Assembly: GCA_965644295.1 (NCBI GenBank)
Contig: CBFFRP010000017.1
Location: forward strand, 124,001-188,000
DNA: 64,000 bases
Direction: 5' to 3'
Source: Paraphysomonas bandaiensis
Lineage: Eukaryota > Protista > Chrysophyceae
Below the pieces are notes generated by a model, which saw nothing but the letters and a program-made list of their open reading frames with translations, was not told the origin of the DNA and made no database searches. Position 1 is the first letter of the stretch; each line of letters begins with the position of its first letter. Positions 1 through 12,004 of this stretch are shown one piece after another. Both the position numbers and the translations under genes were made by a program.

Positions 1-196
1 CTGAACATACGGCAACTCAGGCGTAAAACAGATGTTCTAGAAACTGAAACACCCGTATGTCCACTAAAGATATGAATTATGCAATTCAGTGGCTTAGATG
101 AGCGTCATCGAACTACTCATCGCACAGACGGCAGCTGAGAACTATTGGCGAGCAGTCATAATTACTTTAGCCGAAGTTAATAAACTGTTAGAGAAG

Positions 197-1138
197 ATGT
201 CCGAGCAGCAGAGCAAACCCAAGCAGAAGAAGGCCGAATCCAACTTTTTGGTGGATTTCGCCGCCGGTGGTGTTTCTGGCGCCATTGCCAAGACCTGCAC
301 TGCTCCTATTGAGCGTGTCAAGCTTATTATCCAGACTCAGGACTCTAACCCCTTGATCCGCTCTGGGGAAGTGCCTCGCTACACTGGAATCATGAACTGC
401 TTCACTCGTGTGGCATCTGAGCAGGGAATCGCATCTTTCTGGCGTGGAAACTTCACCAACGTCATCCGTTACTTTCCCACTCAGGCTTTCAACTTTGCCT
501 TCAAAGATACCATCAAGACCCTCTTCCCCAAGTACAACTCCAAGACTGAATTTGGTATGTTCTTTTTGACCAACATGGCTTCTGGTGGTCTTGCTGGTGC
601 AGGATCCCTTTGCATTGTGTACCCTCTGGACTACGCCAGAACTCGTCTTGCCTCTGATGTTGGCAGTGGAAAGAGATCTTTCAACGGTCTCTCTGATTGC
701 CTCATCAAGACTGCCAAGGGACCCAGTGGGTTCTTTGGTCTGTACAACGGATTCGGCGTCTCTGTTGCAGGAATTATCCCTTACAGAGGTGTCTACTTCG
801 GCATGTACGATTCTCTCTCCGACTTGAACCCTCTCAAGAACGATAGCACCCCTCTTGGAATCGCCTCCAAGTTCTGCATTGCTCAGCTCACAGCCATTAC
901 CGCAGGTTACGCTTCATACCCATTCGACACTGTTCGTCGTCGTCTTCAGATGCAGTCCGAGAAGCCCAAGAGCGAGTGGATGTACAAGGGTACCGCCGAC
1001 TGTTTCGCCAAGGTTATGAAGGACGAGGGTGTTGCCGCTATGTTCAAGGGTGCTGGTGCCAATGCTCTTCGTACCGTTGGGTCTGCTCTTGTCCTTGTTC
1101 TCTACGGTGAGATCAAGAACGTATTGGGATTCAAATAA
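197..1138 (+). CDS. AAC: Mitochondrial ADP/ATP carrier, copy 1, intronless, ~313 aa
   Basis: Three SLC25 carrier signatures (PIERVK, PLDYAR, PFDTVRR); WRGNFTNVIRYFPTQAFNFAFKD; RRRLQM variant of RRRMMM. ATG197 (MSEQQSK) preferred over ATG98. Confidence 0.97.
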   Translation: MSEQQSKPKQKKAESNFLVDFAAGGVSGAIAKTCTAPIERVKLIIQTQDSNPLIRSGEVPRYTGIMNCFTRVASEQGIASFWRGNFTNVIRYFPTQAFNFAFKDTIKTLFPKYNSKTEFGMFFLTNMASGGLAGAGSLCIVYPLDYARTRLASDVGSGKRSFNGLSDCLIKTAKGPSGFFGLYNGFGVSVAGIIPYRGVYFGMYDSLSDLNPLKNDSTPLGIASKFCIAQLTAITAGYASYPFDTVRRRLQMQSEKPKSEWMYKGTADCFAKVMKDEGVAAMFKGAGANALRTVGSALVLVLYGEIKNVLGFK

Positions 1139-1215
1139 ACTAGTTAGCCCTTTGCTTGTCAGTGTATTTGCTTCTCCATAATCAATTAGTACTCGGCTTA
1201 CGTTATACAATCATT

Positions 1216-1301
1216 TGCATCTGTTGTAGGAATTTGATATATTACATTGATGTACTAGTGCATCTGTTGTAGGAATTTGATATATTACATTGTTGTACTA
1301 G
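1216..1301 (+). repeat. 43-bp tandem duplication in the carrier 3' flank (also present in copy 2)
   Basis: TGCATCTGTTGTAGGAATTTGATATATTACATTG(A/T)TGTACTAG occurs twice. Confidence 0.95.
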
Positions 1302-1505
1302 TTTTTGAAGCAAGCCATATTGTGATATCAGTGTTGACCTATCGGGCATTAATCGCCATGTCGCCCTTGACTCTGTGGCGATATAAACTATACACGTGTG
1401 ATGGCTGTACTACTTTCATTGAACATACGCAAAAGTACAATATAGTTCCTACGTTTATATCTCTTTATATTGACTATTGACTATTGGTCATTTTAACAAT
1501 TATGT

Positions 1506-2546
1506 TCATGTAAGACATGTCAACAACATGATAATTTATTTTATTCATATCAACCACTGCTCAACTTCCATATCTTGAATAGTCATGATACAATCCTTCA
1601 GTTTCACAGTTATAGCTATCCAGCAGCAGGGCTGCGTATCAATTAATTGACGCAGGTTGTAGTCAATAATAATTGCAATTATTACTTGCTGTTCAATTTT
1701 CAACTATTGCAATTAATTGCAATTATTTCATACTAAACTACATTAGCTGCCAATATAGCTACCTTAACTGTCTTTTCATTCCAGATGCGTAAAAACATTA
1801 GTAACTCCAAATGCCGAGGAGTCGTCTTGCGCAAATCCGTCATAACAATCTTAAGTTAGCTCTACTGTACAACCTTTTAACCTTATTGGTTGTGGCATGC
1901 AAGTGTTTCATGCTGCGGTAACGAGTTTGCTGGTTAAGACGTGCTCGCTTCCGCTGTCTGCTATCATCAATCAAACGTTGCGCTGCGTCGTCAGTCTGAA
2001 CTAGTCTCTCACTGTCATTATCTTCTCATCCTCATCGAGCAAAAATATTTTAATTTGATCCTATTCCATCCGAGTTAGTGCGGCTTCATTGCCACATTGA
2101 ATCTTCACGACTGCCTTTTCAAAAGCAGCGTTATGAATAATAGCGCCATTGCTGCCCAGATGACGCTCGACAATCGGTTGCCTAATGATGAGTTCGTCAA
2201 ACAATATGCGAACGTCGTAGAGGTAGAGCTGGCGTTCACCTTCCTTCTGTAATTGTATGGACACTAGTTGAAAGAATTCCAATTCCTCCCGTAATTTCAC
2301 GAGCTTGGTATTAGCTTAACAAGTCGGAACCAAACTCGCATGATCGCAAATTATGATCGTTAAGAAAAGTTTAGAGTAATTAAACTGGATAGACTCTTTA
2401 TTATAATTGCATACACAACTGTGTGTGTTGTCATGTAAGACATGTTAACAACATGATAATTTATTTTGTTCATATCAACCACTGCTAAACTTCCATATGT
2501 TGAATCGTCATGATACAATACTTCAAATTTCACAGTTATAGCTATC
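1506..2546 (+). repeat. ~115-bp imperfect direct repeats (1506-1620 and 2431-2546) bracketing a hAT remnant
   Basis: TCATGTAAGACATGT...CACAGTTATAGCTATC present twice with a few substitutions. Confidence 0.9.
1627..2421 (-). mobile_element. Degenerate hAT-like transposon 3' part (transposase C-terminus)
   Basis: LYDVRILFDELI...IIHNAAFEKAVVKIQ, then frameshifted YRSMKHLHATTNKVKRLYSRA and TPRHLELLMFLR (hATC-like). Terminus CAGGGCTGCGTATCAATTAATT resembles 9408. Confidence 0.75.
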
Positions 2547-3119
2547 TAGTTTCTTTGACTACGTATTACTCTTTTTCACATTGTATTTAACGTATTCTAC
2601 AGTACATCTTAGAGAACCATACGTATTCCAACACTTTAACCTCGGAATATTACAATATACCTCATTTAAATTTGATAATTGGATGTACAGTAACTGTAGT
2701 CGGTATGAAACGCTCGTATTTTAGATTTCAAGTATCTTAATATTATCAGAGGATGAGTATTAGCAAAATTGTGACTATCTAAGATCTAAGTACTAAGCAG
2801 TTAGTAGTCTTTGCTTGCAGCGTAGTACCTTCGGTTTTTAGAATATGTATTATATTTTAGTGTGGCACTTGGAGAAACACGAGAATACATTGAAATATGG
2901 TGATGTACAAATTATGTGATGATATTGAGAAACTGAAATAGTTTGATCTTTCAAGATATGTTTAGTAACGAGAAGTTCACATATGTAGGAGATTATGCGT
3001 GGAGCAAAATGAGATTGTGTTGTTTGTCACAATTTGTGTAAATGATATTAATTAATCTATCTATTCAAGAATTCTCTCTGCTCTATGAGATCTAGTTAAG
3101 AATGAGCGTTTTCCAACAT

Positions 3120-3276
3120 CGGTTATCACGTGATCTTAATGACTAGTATGTGTTTAATTGCTGATAAATGGTATTAATATATTACAATGTGTTGATAGGT
3201 CGGTTAACAACTATTGCAATATTCTTTATGGGACGCTCTCTAATATTAGTATTGTTATCTCCTAATCATAGCCCTG
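3120..3276 (-). mobile_element. Isolated end of a hAT element related to 26622-27421
   Basis: Reverse complement starts CAGGG and shares CAATACTA, TAAACACAT and TAGTCATTAAGATCAC with the 26622 end. Confidence 0.6.
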
Positions 3277-3745
3277 GTATAGAAGCCACTTAAAGGTATA
3301 TAGTTAGATAAATTTTATCATGTTCTACAAATGTAAGAACAGGAAATCAGGTAATACTGAAGAGAAAATTAAATTTCAACATCAATGGGGCCATATATAC
3401 TAAAATAGCTTCATCGCAGTTGGTAGTGTCAATTTATAAACACTGCAAAGCTTCACTCAATGCAGATAAAGTGCTCAAACAAAAAACTATCTCATGGTAA
3501 CGCAAGTTTATACCTCATTGTTCTTTCGAGTCCTCGTCCTCCTCCAGATACACACTGTTATATTCAGCAGAAAACGCTGACGCAACATCACCTAAAAACG
3601 CTAACGATCTGCATACTTTCTTCCTGAACAGGATCATAACTACTAAAAGAAGAAAAAGAAAAGACCAAAGAAGAAACGACATGACAACGCAGCAACCCAA
3701 TCAACACTGACCGATATTTCGGTCGATACAACACAATAATATATC

Positions 3746-4144
3746 ATGTATGTGTATGTATGTATGTAGGTATGTATGTATGTATGTATGTATGTATGTA
3801 TGTATGTATGTATGTATGTATGTATGTATGTATGTATGTATGTATGTATGTATGTATGTATGTATGTATGTATGTATGTATGTATGTATGTATGTATGTA
3901 TGTATGTATGTATGCATGTATGTATGTATGTATGTATGTATGTATGTATGTATGTATGTATGTATGTATGTATGTATGTATGTATGTATGTATGTATGTA
4001 TGTATGTATGTATGTATGTATGTATGTATGTATGTATGTATGTATGTATGTATGTATGTATGTATGTATGTATGTATGTATGTATGTATGTATGTATGTA
4101 TGTATGTATGTATGTATGTATGTATGTATGTATAGGTAGGTAGG
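3746..4144. repeat. (TATG)n microsatellite of ~95 units, followed by (TAGG)3
   Basis: Read directly; nearly perfect, with one internal TGCA variant near 3915. Confidence 0.99.
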
Positions 4145-4306
4145 TTGGTATTTTCTGTATAGTGTTTGAATAGTTTGATATGGTTCTGTGGATATGTAGA
4201 ACATCGTGGTGTATTTATGGGGTGAGTTGTGTATAAGTGGCAGTGAAAGTTCCAATAGAGCAGACACTGTTTGTGAAGCTAAGCGATTGTTTATCGTTTC
4301 ATTACG

Positions 4307-6951
4307 ATGTCGTCTGCCTCTATAAAGCTTATCGATCGTGTGTCTGTGCAGCGGATATGCAGTGGTCAGGTAGTGGTGGACCTCTCCAGCGCCGTTAAAG
4401 AGGTCATCTCGTGTATGTCTGCTCTAAGGACTGTTTCTCACTGTGATATACTGTAGTTGATTGAGAACTCGCTGGATTCCGGTGCCTCTGTTATCGAGGT
4501 GAAGGTGTGGGATATGGGCGTAGAGAGTGTGGAGGTTTCTGATAATGGGTGCGGTATAGATCCGACAAACTATGAATACGTAGCATTGAAGCATCACACG
4601 TCGAAACTGAGTACTTTTTTGGATCTTCAGGATATCTCGTCATTTGGTTTTCGTGGTGAAGCTCTTAATGCTTTATGTGAGCTCAGTGGGGCGTTATCTA
4701 TTTCCACCAAGCAGGCAGACCAAGAGGTTGGTTACAGCCTTTCATTTGAAAGGGATGGAAGGTAGTGGCACGCCTTTGCAGTCTGTGAGTTTTTGATTTG
4801 GTTGTCTAAGATTGGCATCTCGTCGCCCTGTTGCGCGGTCGACTGGAACTACTGTGAAGGTGGACAAACTGTTTGATGCCCTTCCTGTCAGACGAGGAGA
4901 ATTTATCAGGTCTTTAATGAATTAAATTGCGCTATTGGTCATTGTTAATTCTTTTAGGTCATCGCAAAAGCAGTTCCACAGACTGATAAAGGTGTTGCAA
5001 AGTTATGCCATTGTGGCAGTCGGAGTAAAGATGACTGTTACTCACATCAGTAAAGTATGTTGTCAGTTTGTACTTTTCATCTTTTGATGTTGCGTGCCAC
5101 AGAAAGGAGGCAGGCAGAATGTTCTAGCTACTCAACTAAGCTCCCGGATGGGTGAAAATATTAGCTCTGTCTTTGGGTCCAAATTTCTCTCGTCACTGGA
5201 ACCTTTGGTCGTCAAAGTTGAGGAGAACGGGGTTCGCTGTGAGGGCCTCGTATCTCGGCCTCGCGAGGGTGTCGGTCGTGCAGATGGTGATAGGCAGTAC
5301 ATATTTTGTAACCGAAGGCCCGTAGATCTACCCCGTATTAATCGTCTATTTAATGAGGTCGGTTGCAATTGCGATCATTATATTGTGAATATATGTGAGG
5401 TCGTTTTACCAGATATGGCGCCGGTATGAGATGAGTCAAAAGCCAGCATTTGTGATTAATATTTCTGCACCTCCTGGAACAGTGGATGTCAATCTCTCGC
5501 CCGATAAACGAGAGGTTGTACTTGCCAATCAGGAGGGCCTTTTTGGTATGCGGCGTCTGCCGAAGTATTTTAGTGTCGATATTGCTCACTCTTGTGACAG
5601 ATGCTCTGCGCGTTAGCCTGGAAGAAATCTTTGCACCTTCTCGCTATACATTCAAAGTGAGCCAAGATCCATGTACTCAAACAACTCTGGCAGGATTCTG
5701 CAATACTTTACCAGTCACCGCGGCTGAGGATTCTTCTACAATAGAACCAGAAGCAAGTGAAGCACTTGGATATAAGAGGAAGAGAGTTCCCGACGACACT
5801 GAAACTGAGTGTGATAGAATTGTCAAGGACCCCTCCCCAAGTGACTCTACTTCATGTTGTGATATTAGTACTGCCAGAAGCCAGTCCCAAGAATTGGCGG
5901 AAATATCCTCTGAAGTTTCTGTAGAGCCGAGCATGCTTGATGTCGAAAAGCGGCTTGTGTTTGACCCTCGGAAGGTAATTGTCGAAATGAAACGTCGCTC
6001 TCGAGGCAATTCTAGTTCCTTGGAGGATAGTGCCCCCCTCTCCGTGCCCTCGGATGTGAAAGGAGCATGCACCGTGGGTCTTATCAACGAGGAACGAATC
6101 AGTGACAAAGATATGAACCCAGAAGCAGCGTTGACCAGAATTCTGAGTAAGGAAGTGGGTATCATAAATTTTCACGGAAATATATAAGTTTAGTGGCAGG
6201 ACTTTGATCGAATGCGCATCGTGGGTCAGTTTAACCTTGGATTCATCATTGCGGAACTACGTGGTGATCTCTATATACTTGATCAGCATGCCTCTGATGA
6301 GAAGTACAGGTACATACCTCTGATTCGTTAGCCGAACATGCGTTTCTTACCGGTGGTGCATGTCGTAGATTTGAAATGCTAGAGCGATCTACAACTCTAC
6401 ATCGACAACCCCTTATATCCCCCCTCTGTTTGGAATGCACTCCGTCTGAGGAGGCGCTCATTATAGCTAATACGAATATATTTGCAGCCAATGGATTTCA
6501 GCTAAATATTGATGAGAATTCTCCCCCGGGTAGAAAAATCAAGGTGCTTACACTGCCCTATAGCAAGACTGTCCAGTTTGACCATAATGATATTCACGAC
6601 CTCGCCTCTTTGATAGAGAGTGTGGACCACCTTAACAGAGGTGGAAATTTTAACCTAGCGGACAGTTGCAGTGAGTCAATACCTAACCTTGTTATCAAGA
6701 ACTGCAACCTGATTGGTCGAGAAAAAGCTTCGCAGACAATTAAGCTCCCAAAGCTCGTGTCTATTTTGGCTTCTCGTGCATGTCGATCATCTATAATGAT
6801 CGGGTCGGCGTTAAGTACTGCAGAAATGAGAAGTATTGTAGATAATTTAGGAAAGATTGAGCAACCGTGGAATTGCCCTCATGGTCGACCGACTCTGCGC
6901 CATCTTGTCGATGTTAGGAGAATACCAAGAAATGCGAAAGGTCTGACTTGA
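4307..6951 (+). CDS. PMS2: Mismatch repair endonuclease PMS2 (MutL family), 9 exons, ~743 aa
   Basis: Exons 4307-4402, 4457-4761, 4811-4909, 4958-5054, 5103-5357, 5413-5545, 5601-6154, 6200-6309, 6369-6951 splice in frame. GHKL motifs ([26 protein letters not shown]); endonuclease [31 protein letters not shown]. Confidence 0.96.
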
Positions 6952-7267
6952 CTGAGTTGTATATGCTGAGTGGGATATTGTCATAACAGCAACAACGCAC
7001 TCCCCTGAGTTCTATTTCGTCGTGGTTGATAGTTGATATTGTCGTACTATAATCGTTTATAATTATAATATATATATATGGTCATATTTGCACCACACCA
7101 CATAATAGAATAAAAAGTGCCAACAAAAATGTTTTGTGTTGTACTATTTTATATGTCGCTCGCCATCATACTAACGTACAGTGAGTGCACCAATTCGCTT
7201 GGGAAAGACTTTTACGTCCTTACATATATATATTAATGTCTACTTATTAAAGTGAGATACACTAAAC

Positions 7268-9400
7268 TGTTGAGATCTGAAGATTCTATATACTATTGTG
7301 AGTGACCTTTTACAGGAGGCAGACTCAGTGTGGATGTCAGCGGAAGAGTCGACAGTGCCTCAGACACATCGTGAGTCCTTGGAGAGTGCCGAGCACAGGG
7401 AGTGGAGACGAGCTCGCCGTGTAGAGCGAGAGGGTTTGGCGAAGCGAGACACCATGGAGGTGACTCGTATACCGGACGGAGTCGTCCCACTGCACTCCAA
7501 GTACGTCTATGGAAAGAAGTACGATAAGGAGGGAGAGGTCCGCCGATATAAGGCTCGTCTTGTAGCAATCGGTTGTGGACAGCAGTCGAGTGGTTGGGCG
7601 AACCATTTCGCACCCGTTGTTAAGGGGGTAACAGTGCGACTGTTAATCGCCATAGCTTTCGTGAAGAACATGGTAATTCATCAACTGGATGTGTCTAACG
7701 CATTTCTATATGCAGATATAGAGGGGGATGTATATATGAAGGCAACTCCGGACTTTCAGCTGCCTGAGGGGTACTGCTTTAAGTTGAAGAAGTCGTTATA
7801 CGGGCTTCGGAGTTCCCCGCGGTCGTGGTGGAAAACATTGGATAAATTCATACGATCTATGCATTTTAAACCATGTGTATTAGACCCGTGTTTGTATTAT
7901 CAGTATAAGGGCGATGAATTGATATTATTAACGATATATGTGGATGATATCCTAGTGTTAGGTCGTGATGTCAACATAGTGAAGGATATTAAAGCTCAAC
8001 TGTGTGCCCGGTTTGATATGAAGGATATGGGCGAGATGGAACATTTTCTGAATGTTCGAGTCACAAGAACGCCAGAGTATATTCGTCTTGACCAATCAGT
8101 ATATGCGGCTAAGATCTTAGAAAAGTTTGAAAAGTATCTTGGGCCACCGCGAAAGGTACGGAAGAGTCCTCTACCGGCGGAAGCAATGGATCTAGTGGCA
8201 AAAGGGGCGCGGCATGAGCATACCGAGGAGGAACAGCTTATAGTAGATAACTTCCCATATCGGCCGCTGATAGGTGCATTACTATATCTATCGATGAACA
8301 CGAGGCCGGATATAGCCTATGCAGTGGGAGTACTGTCTCGGTTCAGTAATAAGGTGAATATTGAAGTATGCAAGCTATTAACACATGTATGGCAATATAT
8401 TCGTGGTTCTATTGACAAAGGGATTCAATATGGGAGTAGACGGTTCGACTTCCATATGTTTACTGACGCGGATTGGGCGGGAGATCAGCTCTCCAGGAAG
8501 TCCACGTCGGGGTACGTTGGGTTTGCAGCGGGAGGGCCTATAGTCTGGCAGTCCAAACTGCAGACGACAGTGGCAACGTCAAGCATGCAGTCTGAGTATC
8601 AGTGTATTTACTCGGGTCTCCAAGAAGTGCTATGGGTTCGGGGGGTGACGGGTGAGATTAAGTTGAGGCTCATCAAACCCACACCATTCTTCATCGACAG
8701 TCAGAGTGCCCAGGATTTGGCCGAAAACCCAGTGTTTCACAAGAAGTCGAAGCACATTGAGATTAAGTATCACATGGTGAGAGAGCACGTGGATCCCAAT
8801 CAGTTCAATACGATTAAGTTAGTGCATGTGCATACATCGCAACAAGCAGCAGATATTTATACAAAGTCATTGGTTGGTTTATCATATATGGATCAGAGAA
8901 AGAGAAATCTTGGAGAGAAAGTTAAGAGTTCCACTGAAGTGATTAATGAGGGACCAAGGGATAAAAGAAGGCGCAAGTAGGTACTGAGTTTTTTAGACAG
9001 AGGTTTAGACTTAGAGATGAGTCTATTTTACTGTCAAGAATTTTTTTTTTATCTCAGGCATTCAATAGCTGGGAGGCGTCATAGTACAACACTCAATTGA
9101 GGGGGAGTGTTGAGATCTGAAGATTCTATATACTTGCAATTGAGTGCAGTATTATGTGAGATGCAAGGATCGAAAGATATATATGTAATTAGTACATTAT
9201 ATTATGTAGTATGAAACTGAAGTAGAAGTGGATGACTATACAGGATACGATCACTGAGTGTGTGGTTTGTACACTATAGTAGTAAATGAATGGTGTTGAA
9301 CACATCGAACACAACTTAGGTTCTTTATCATGTAATGTTTATAATTTCATCTTATCAGTTGAGAATAGTAAACCTTAGCAAATAATGTCAACTTCTGTTA
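7268..9400 (+). mobile_element. Internally deleted Ty1/Copia retrotransposon: 27-bp 5' LTR stub, RT-RNase H, PPT, 3' LTR 9108-~9400
   Basis: TGTTGAGATCTGAAGATTCTATATACT at 7268 and 9108. PPT GAGGGGGAG precedes 9108. TAAAC at 7263-7267 and 9401-9405 is the probable TSD (LTR would end in TA). Confidence 0.88.
7298..8980 (+). CDS. Copia reverse transcriptase + RNase H, open ORF without gag, protease or integrase
   Basis: YKARLVA, QLDVSNAFL, KSLYGL, YVDD, RPDIAYAV, DADWAG, DSQSA, SKHIEIKYH, ADIYTK. Confidence 0.93.
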   Translation: MSDLLQEADSVWMSAEESTVPQTHRESLESAEHREWRRARRVEREGLAKRDTMEVTRIPDGVVPLHSKYVYGKKYDKEGEVRRYKARLVAIGCGQQSSGWANHFAPVVKGVTVRLLIAIAFVKNMVIHQLDVSNAFLYADIEGDVYMKATPDFQLPEGYCFKLKKSLYGLRSSPRSWWKTLDKFIRSMHFKPCVLDPCLYYQYKGDELILLTIYVDDILVLGRDVNIVKDIKAQLCARFDMKDMGEMEHFLNVRVTRTPEYIRLDQSVYAAKILEKFEKYLGPPRKVRKSPLPAEAMDLVAKGARHEHTEEEQLIVDNFPYRPLIGALLYLSMNTRPDIAYAVGVLSRFSNKVNIEVCKLLTHVWQYIRGSIDKGIQYGSRRFDFHMFTDADWAGDQLSRKSTSGYVGFAAGGPIVWQSKLQTTVATSSMQSEYQCIYSGLQEVLWVRGVTGEIKLRLIKPTPFFIDSQSAQDLAENPVFHKKSKHIEIKYHMVREHVDPNQFNTIKLVHVHTSQQAADIYTKSLVGLSYMDQRKRNLGEKVKSSTEVINEGPRDKRRRK

Positions 9401-9407
9401 TAAACAA

Positions 9408-11955
9408 CAGGCTTGCGTAACAATTAATTAGGCTTAAAAGTAATAATCTATTTGCCAATTATTTGGCTAGCTAAATTATATATTATAGCATCTTCAGATG
9501 TATGTATAGCTACTGATCATAGATACAAACCCATTATATCTGTACGCATAGAAGTTTGGATTTATGTGCACAGTCATGTTATCATTTTATTAATCATAAT
9601 TGTGTGTGACAGTCAGTATAAGGGTTAAATTAACCTCAGCACGCAAGAGAGTAATATTTAGGATGTCAAAGATCTTTGGTAATGAGCACCTCCACAACGA
9701 GACTCTCTAGATACATAGCATAAAGGTGCTTCGAAATATTCAAGTAGTATAGTAATGTAAACGACGTTATAAGTGTATCCGTTAGGTACCACTATCAGAG
9801 GAAGAGAAGTATGTTTGTGTGCAAGAATACACTTATGCAGTGCGTGCGCAAAAATACACTCACACAGAGAAACTGTAGTGTGTGTGTACAACAATAATAG
9901 ACTAGAATGCTTATATTATTATTATTTATTCAACAAAATACATTAACTGGAAGTGGTCCTGTCGATGGTTATGTCCAGCGAAAGGTGTCGCCTCTTATGC
10001 CTGGAACGTGCATCACTGGTGCAACTGGGTGGCTAATATATAATAATGGATGATATACCTTTTTCTTTTGTCGAGAAAGGAAAATCAAGGAGATACTTCA
10101 ACTTGTTGGAATATATTATATATAGAACAACGTTAATGAAGAAGTATTTTGAGGAGATTGACGAAGGGGTTGCTAATATCATAAAGGAAATGTTACCGAG
10201 CACATTTGGTATAGTTGTTCTGGAGAACACTATTTTGCTGCGTTTGCTGTTTTTGGGCAAAAAGGAGATGTTGTGCAACAACAAGACTTAGTAGTGTTGC
10301 TATGCTGTTAAGTCCAAGATGAAGATGAGGAATCCGACATTGATTTTACAGTAGAATCAATAGGAGATTATCTGTTTGATGAATCCTAATAACAATGATG
10401 TACCTGCACACGAAGGTGAACTCAATGAAGAAAAAGATGACGAGGAAGAAGAGGCCACTCATTTACTTCAAGACAACCGAAAACGCAAAAAAGCACGCAT
10501 CAAACTGCCGACACGATATATCCCCCCCCCATTAGTGAATCCCGCAATCTGTGGAACGTGTTTGATGTGAGGGGTTTAGTTAGAATATCGGCCAGCATCT
10601 CGTTTGTAGGCATGTAATCAACAATAATAGAGTGCGATGCGACTTGTTCTCTTATGAAGTGATATCTGATGGCAATATGTTTTGTTCGTAGGTGGTGTAC
10701 GTACGGGGTTTAGGCATAGTTGAATTGCACCTTTGTTGTCACACCATATGGTTGTTGAGTATATGGCATGTGGAAGCCCAATTCCGAGAGTAGTGACCGT
10801 AGCCAAATAGCTTCTTGACATGCTGTTGATAGTGCCATGTACTCCGCTTCTGTAGAGGATAGAGCTACAGTGGTCTGGAGTCGTGATTGCCAGGAAATGA
10901 GACAATTTCCAATAAAGAAGCAAAACGCTGTGGTCGACCTGCGAGTTAAGTTGCAGCGTGCCCAATCACTGTCAGCGAATCCAGTTAAGGTAACAGACTT
11001 CCCGGAGTACTGTAGACCTTGATCGATGGTGCCTTTGAGGTACCTAAGTATGTTTAATGCGGCTTTGCATGTGTAGTTAGATTTGGGTTAGTACTGAAAC
11101 GAGCAAGGGTGTTTACAGCGTATGCAATATCAGGTCTAGTGCACACAGCAATATACATAAGTGAACCTATGAGCTCCTTCTTGTAAGGAAAATTTTGGAC
11201 AAATTCTTGATTTTCTTGGGATAGTTGTTTCTTTTCGACAATGTCTATATATGAAAATTTGTTGTCATGGGGTGACTACGTGGCTTGCAATCTTCCATGT
11301 TGAATCTGTGGAGTGTATAGGTTCCGTATGTATTGAGATTGATGTATAGTGTCGTAGTTCGATTCTGTATATTATCCTGTTTGACGAATATGCCGAGGTA
11401 GTAATCTAGGAGGCCGAGATCATGAATGTCGAATTTTTCAGCTAACGAATTCTTGATTTGGGTGATGTCAGTCCTATTTTAGCGGCGATGATGATGTCAT
11501 CGACGTAAACTGCCAGAATTATGAGTCGACAATCAATTAATTGATTTCTTGAAGATGCACGGGTCGGACACTAATCTGGTGAAACCACAGTCTAACAAAT
11601 AATTAGTACAACATTTTTATACCAATTTAACCCGGACTGTTTGAGTCCGTAGATGCTCTTTTTAGAAGTCTGAGGACTTTACCGCTTATCGTTGCATGAA
11701 GCATTTGTATAGCGCTACCAATGTTTGTGAGAGATTGTTTAGCAGGGCAAAGATTGTGTATGGCTGATTTTTGCAAGCGAATGACACCCCCAGACACATT
11801 GAAATAAATGTTGATGATTCTGCGTGAAAATTGGCATCTTTGGGATCGTTCAGAAAGTTATTCTAAACTCTAGCAATAGAATTTCATTGCCAATAATAGG
11901 AATCCTTGTTTAATTATTATTGTTGGATATCTGTCACCAATTATTTGCCAATTAA
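9408..11955 (+). mobile_element. Degenerate hAT-like transposon interrupted by a Copia fragment
   Basis: TIR-like CAGGCTTGCGTAACAATTAATT at 9408. MDDIPFSFVEK...LPSTFGIV (10046-10220), RKRKKARIKLPTRY (to 10519), resuming at 11687 as YRCMKHLYSATNVCERLFSRAK. Confidence 0.75.
10520..11686 (-). pseudogene. LTR-less degenerate Copia RT/RNase H fragment ending at the polypurine tract
   Basis: Frameshifted SIYGLKQSG, VYVDDIII, RPDIAYAVNTLARF, WCDNKGAIQL. C-run at 10522-10530 is the minus-strand PPT. Confidence 0.85.
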
Positions 11956-11957
11956 CA

Positions 11958-11977
11958 AGGGTTAGGGTTAGGGTTAG
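11958..11977 (+). repeat. Interstitial telomere-like repeat (GGGTTA)3
   Basis: AGGGTTAGGGTTAGGGTTAG. Confidence 0.8.
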
Positions 11978-12004
11978 AGTTATACTACGTTTCATGTATA
12001 CACT

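Larger units (their letters stand above)
1..1328. repeat. Left arm of a near-perfect inverted duplication (partner 20319-21646); runs off the window start
   Basis: Position n pairs with 21647-n without indels. Alternative-frame ORFs are identical in both copies. Substitutions seen only at 53, 66 and 1278 (not every base checked). Confidence 0.97.

Noticed and set aside
98-196. 33-aa N-terminal extension of the carrier (also 21451-21549)
   Set aside because: Carriers normally lack such a presequence and ATG197 gives a typical length; probably 5' UTR, though not excluded.
1216-1301. CRISPR-like repeats (also 48930-48973)
   Set aside because: Adjacent tandem copies without spacers, no cas genes, eukaryotic context.
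3515-3700. 61-aa hydrophobic ORF
   Set aside because: Non-ATG start; hydrophobicity comes from a T-rich tract; no gene model could be completed.
3701-4267. ORFs of YIHT/MYVC repeats
   Set aside because: Artefacts of translating the (TATG)n microsatellite.
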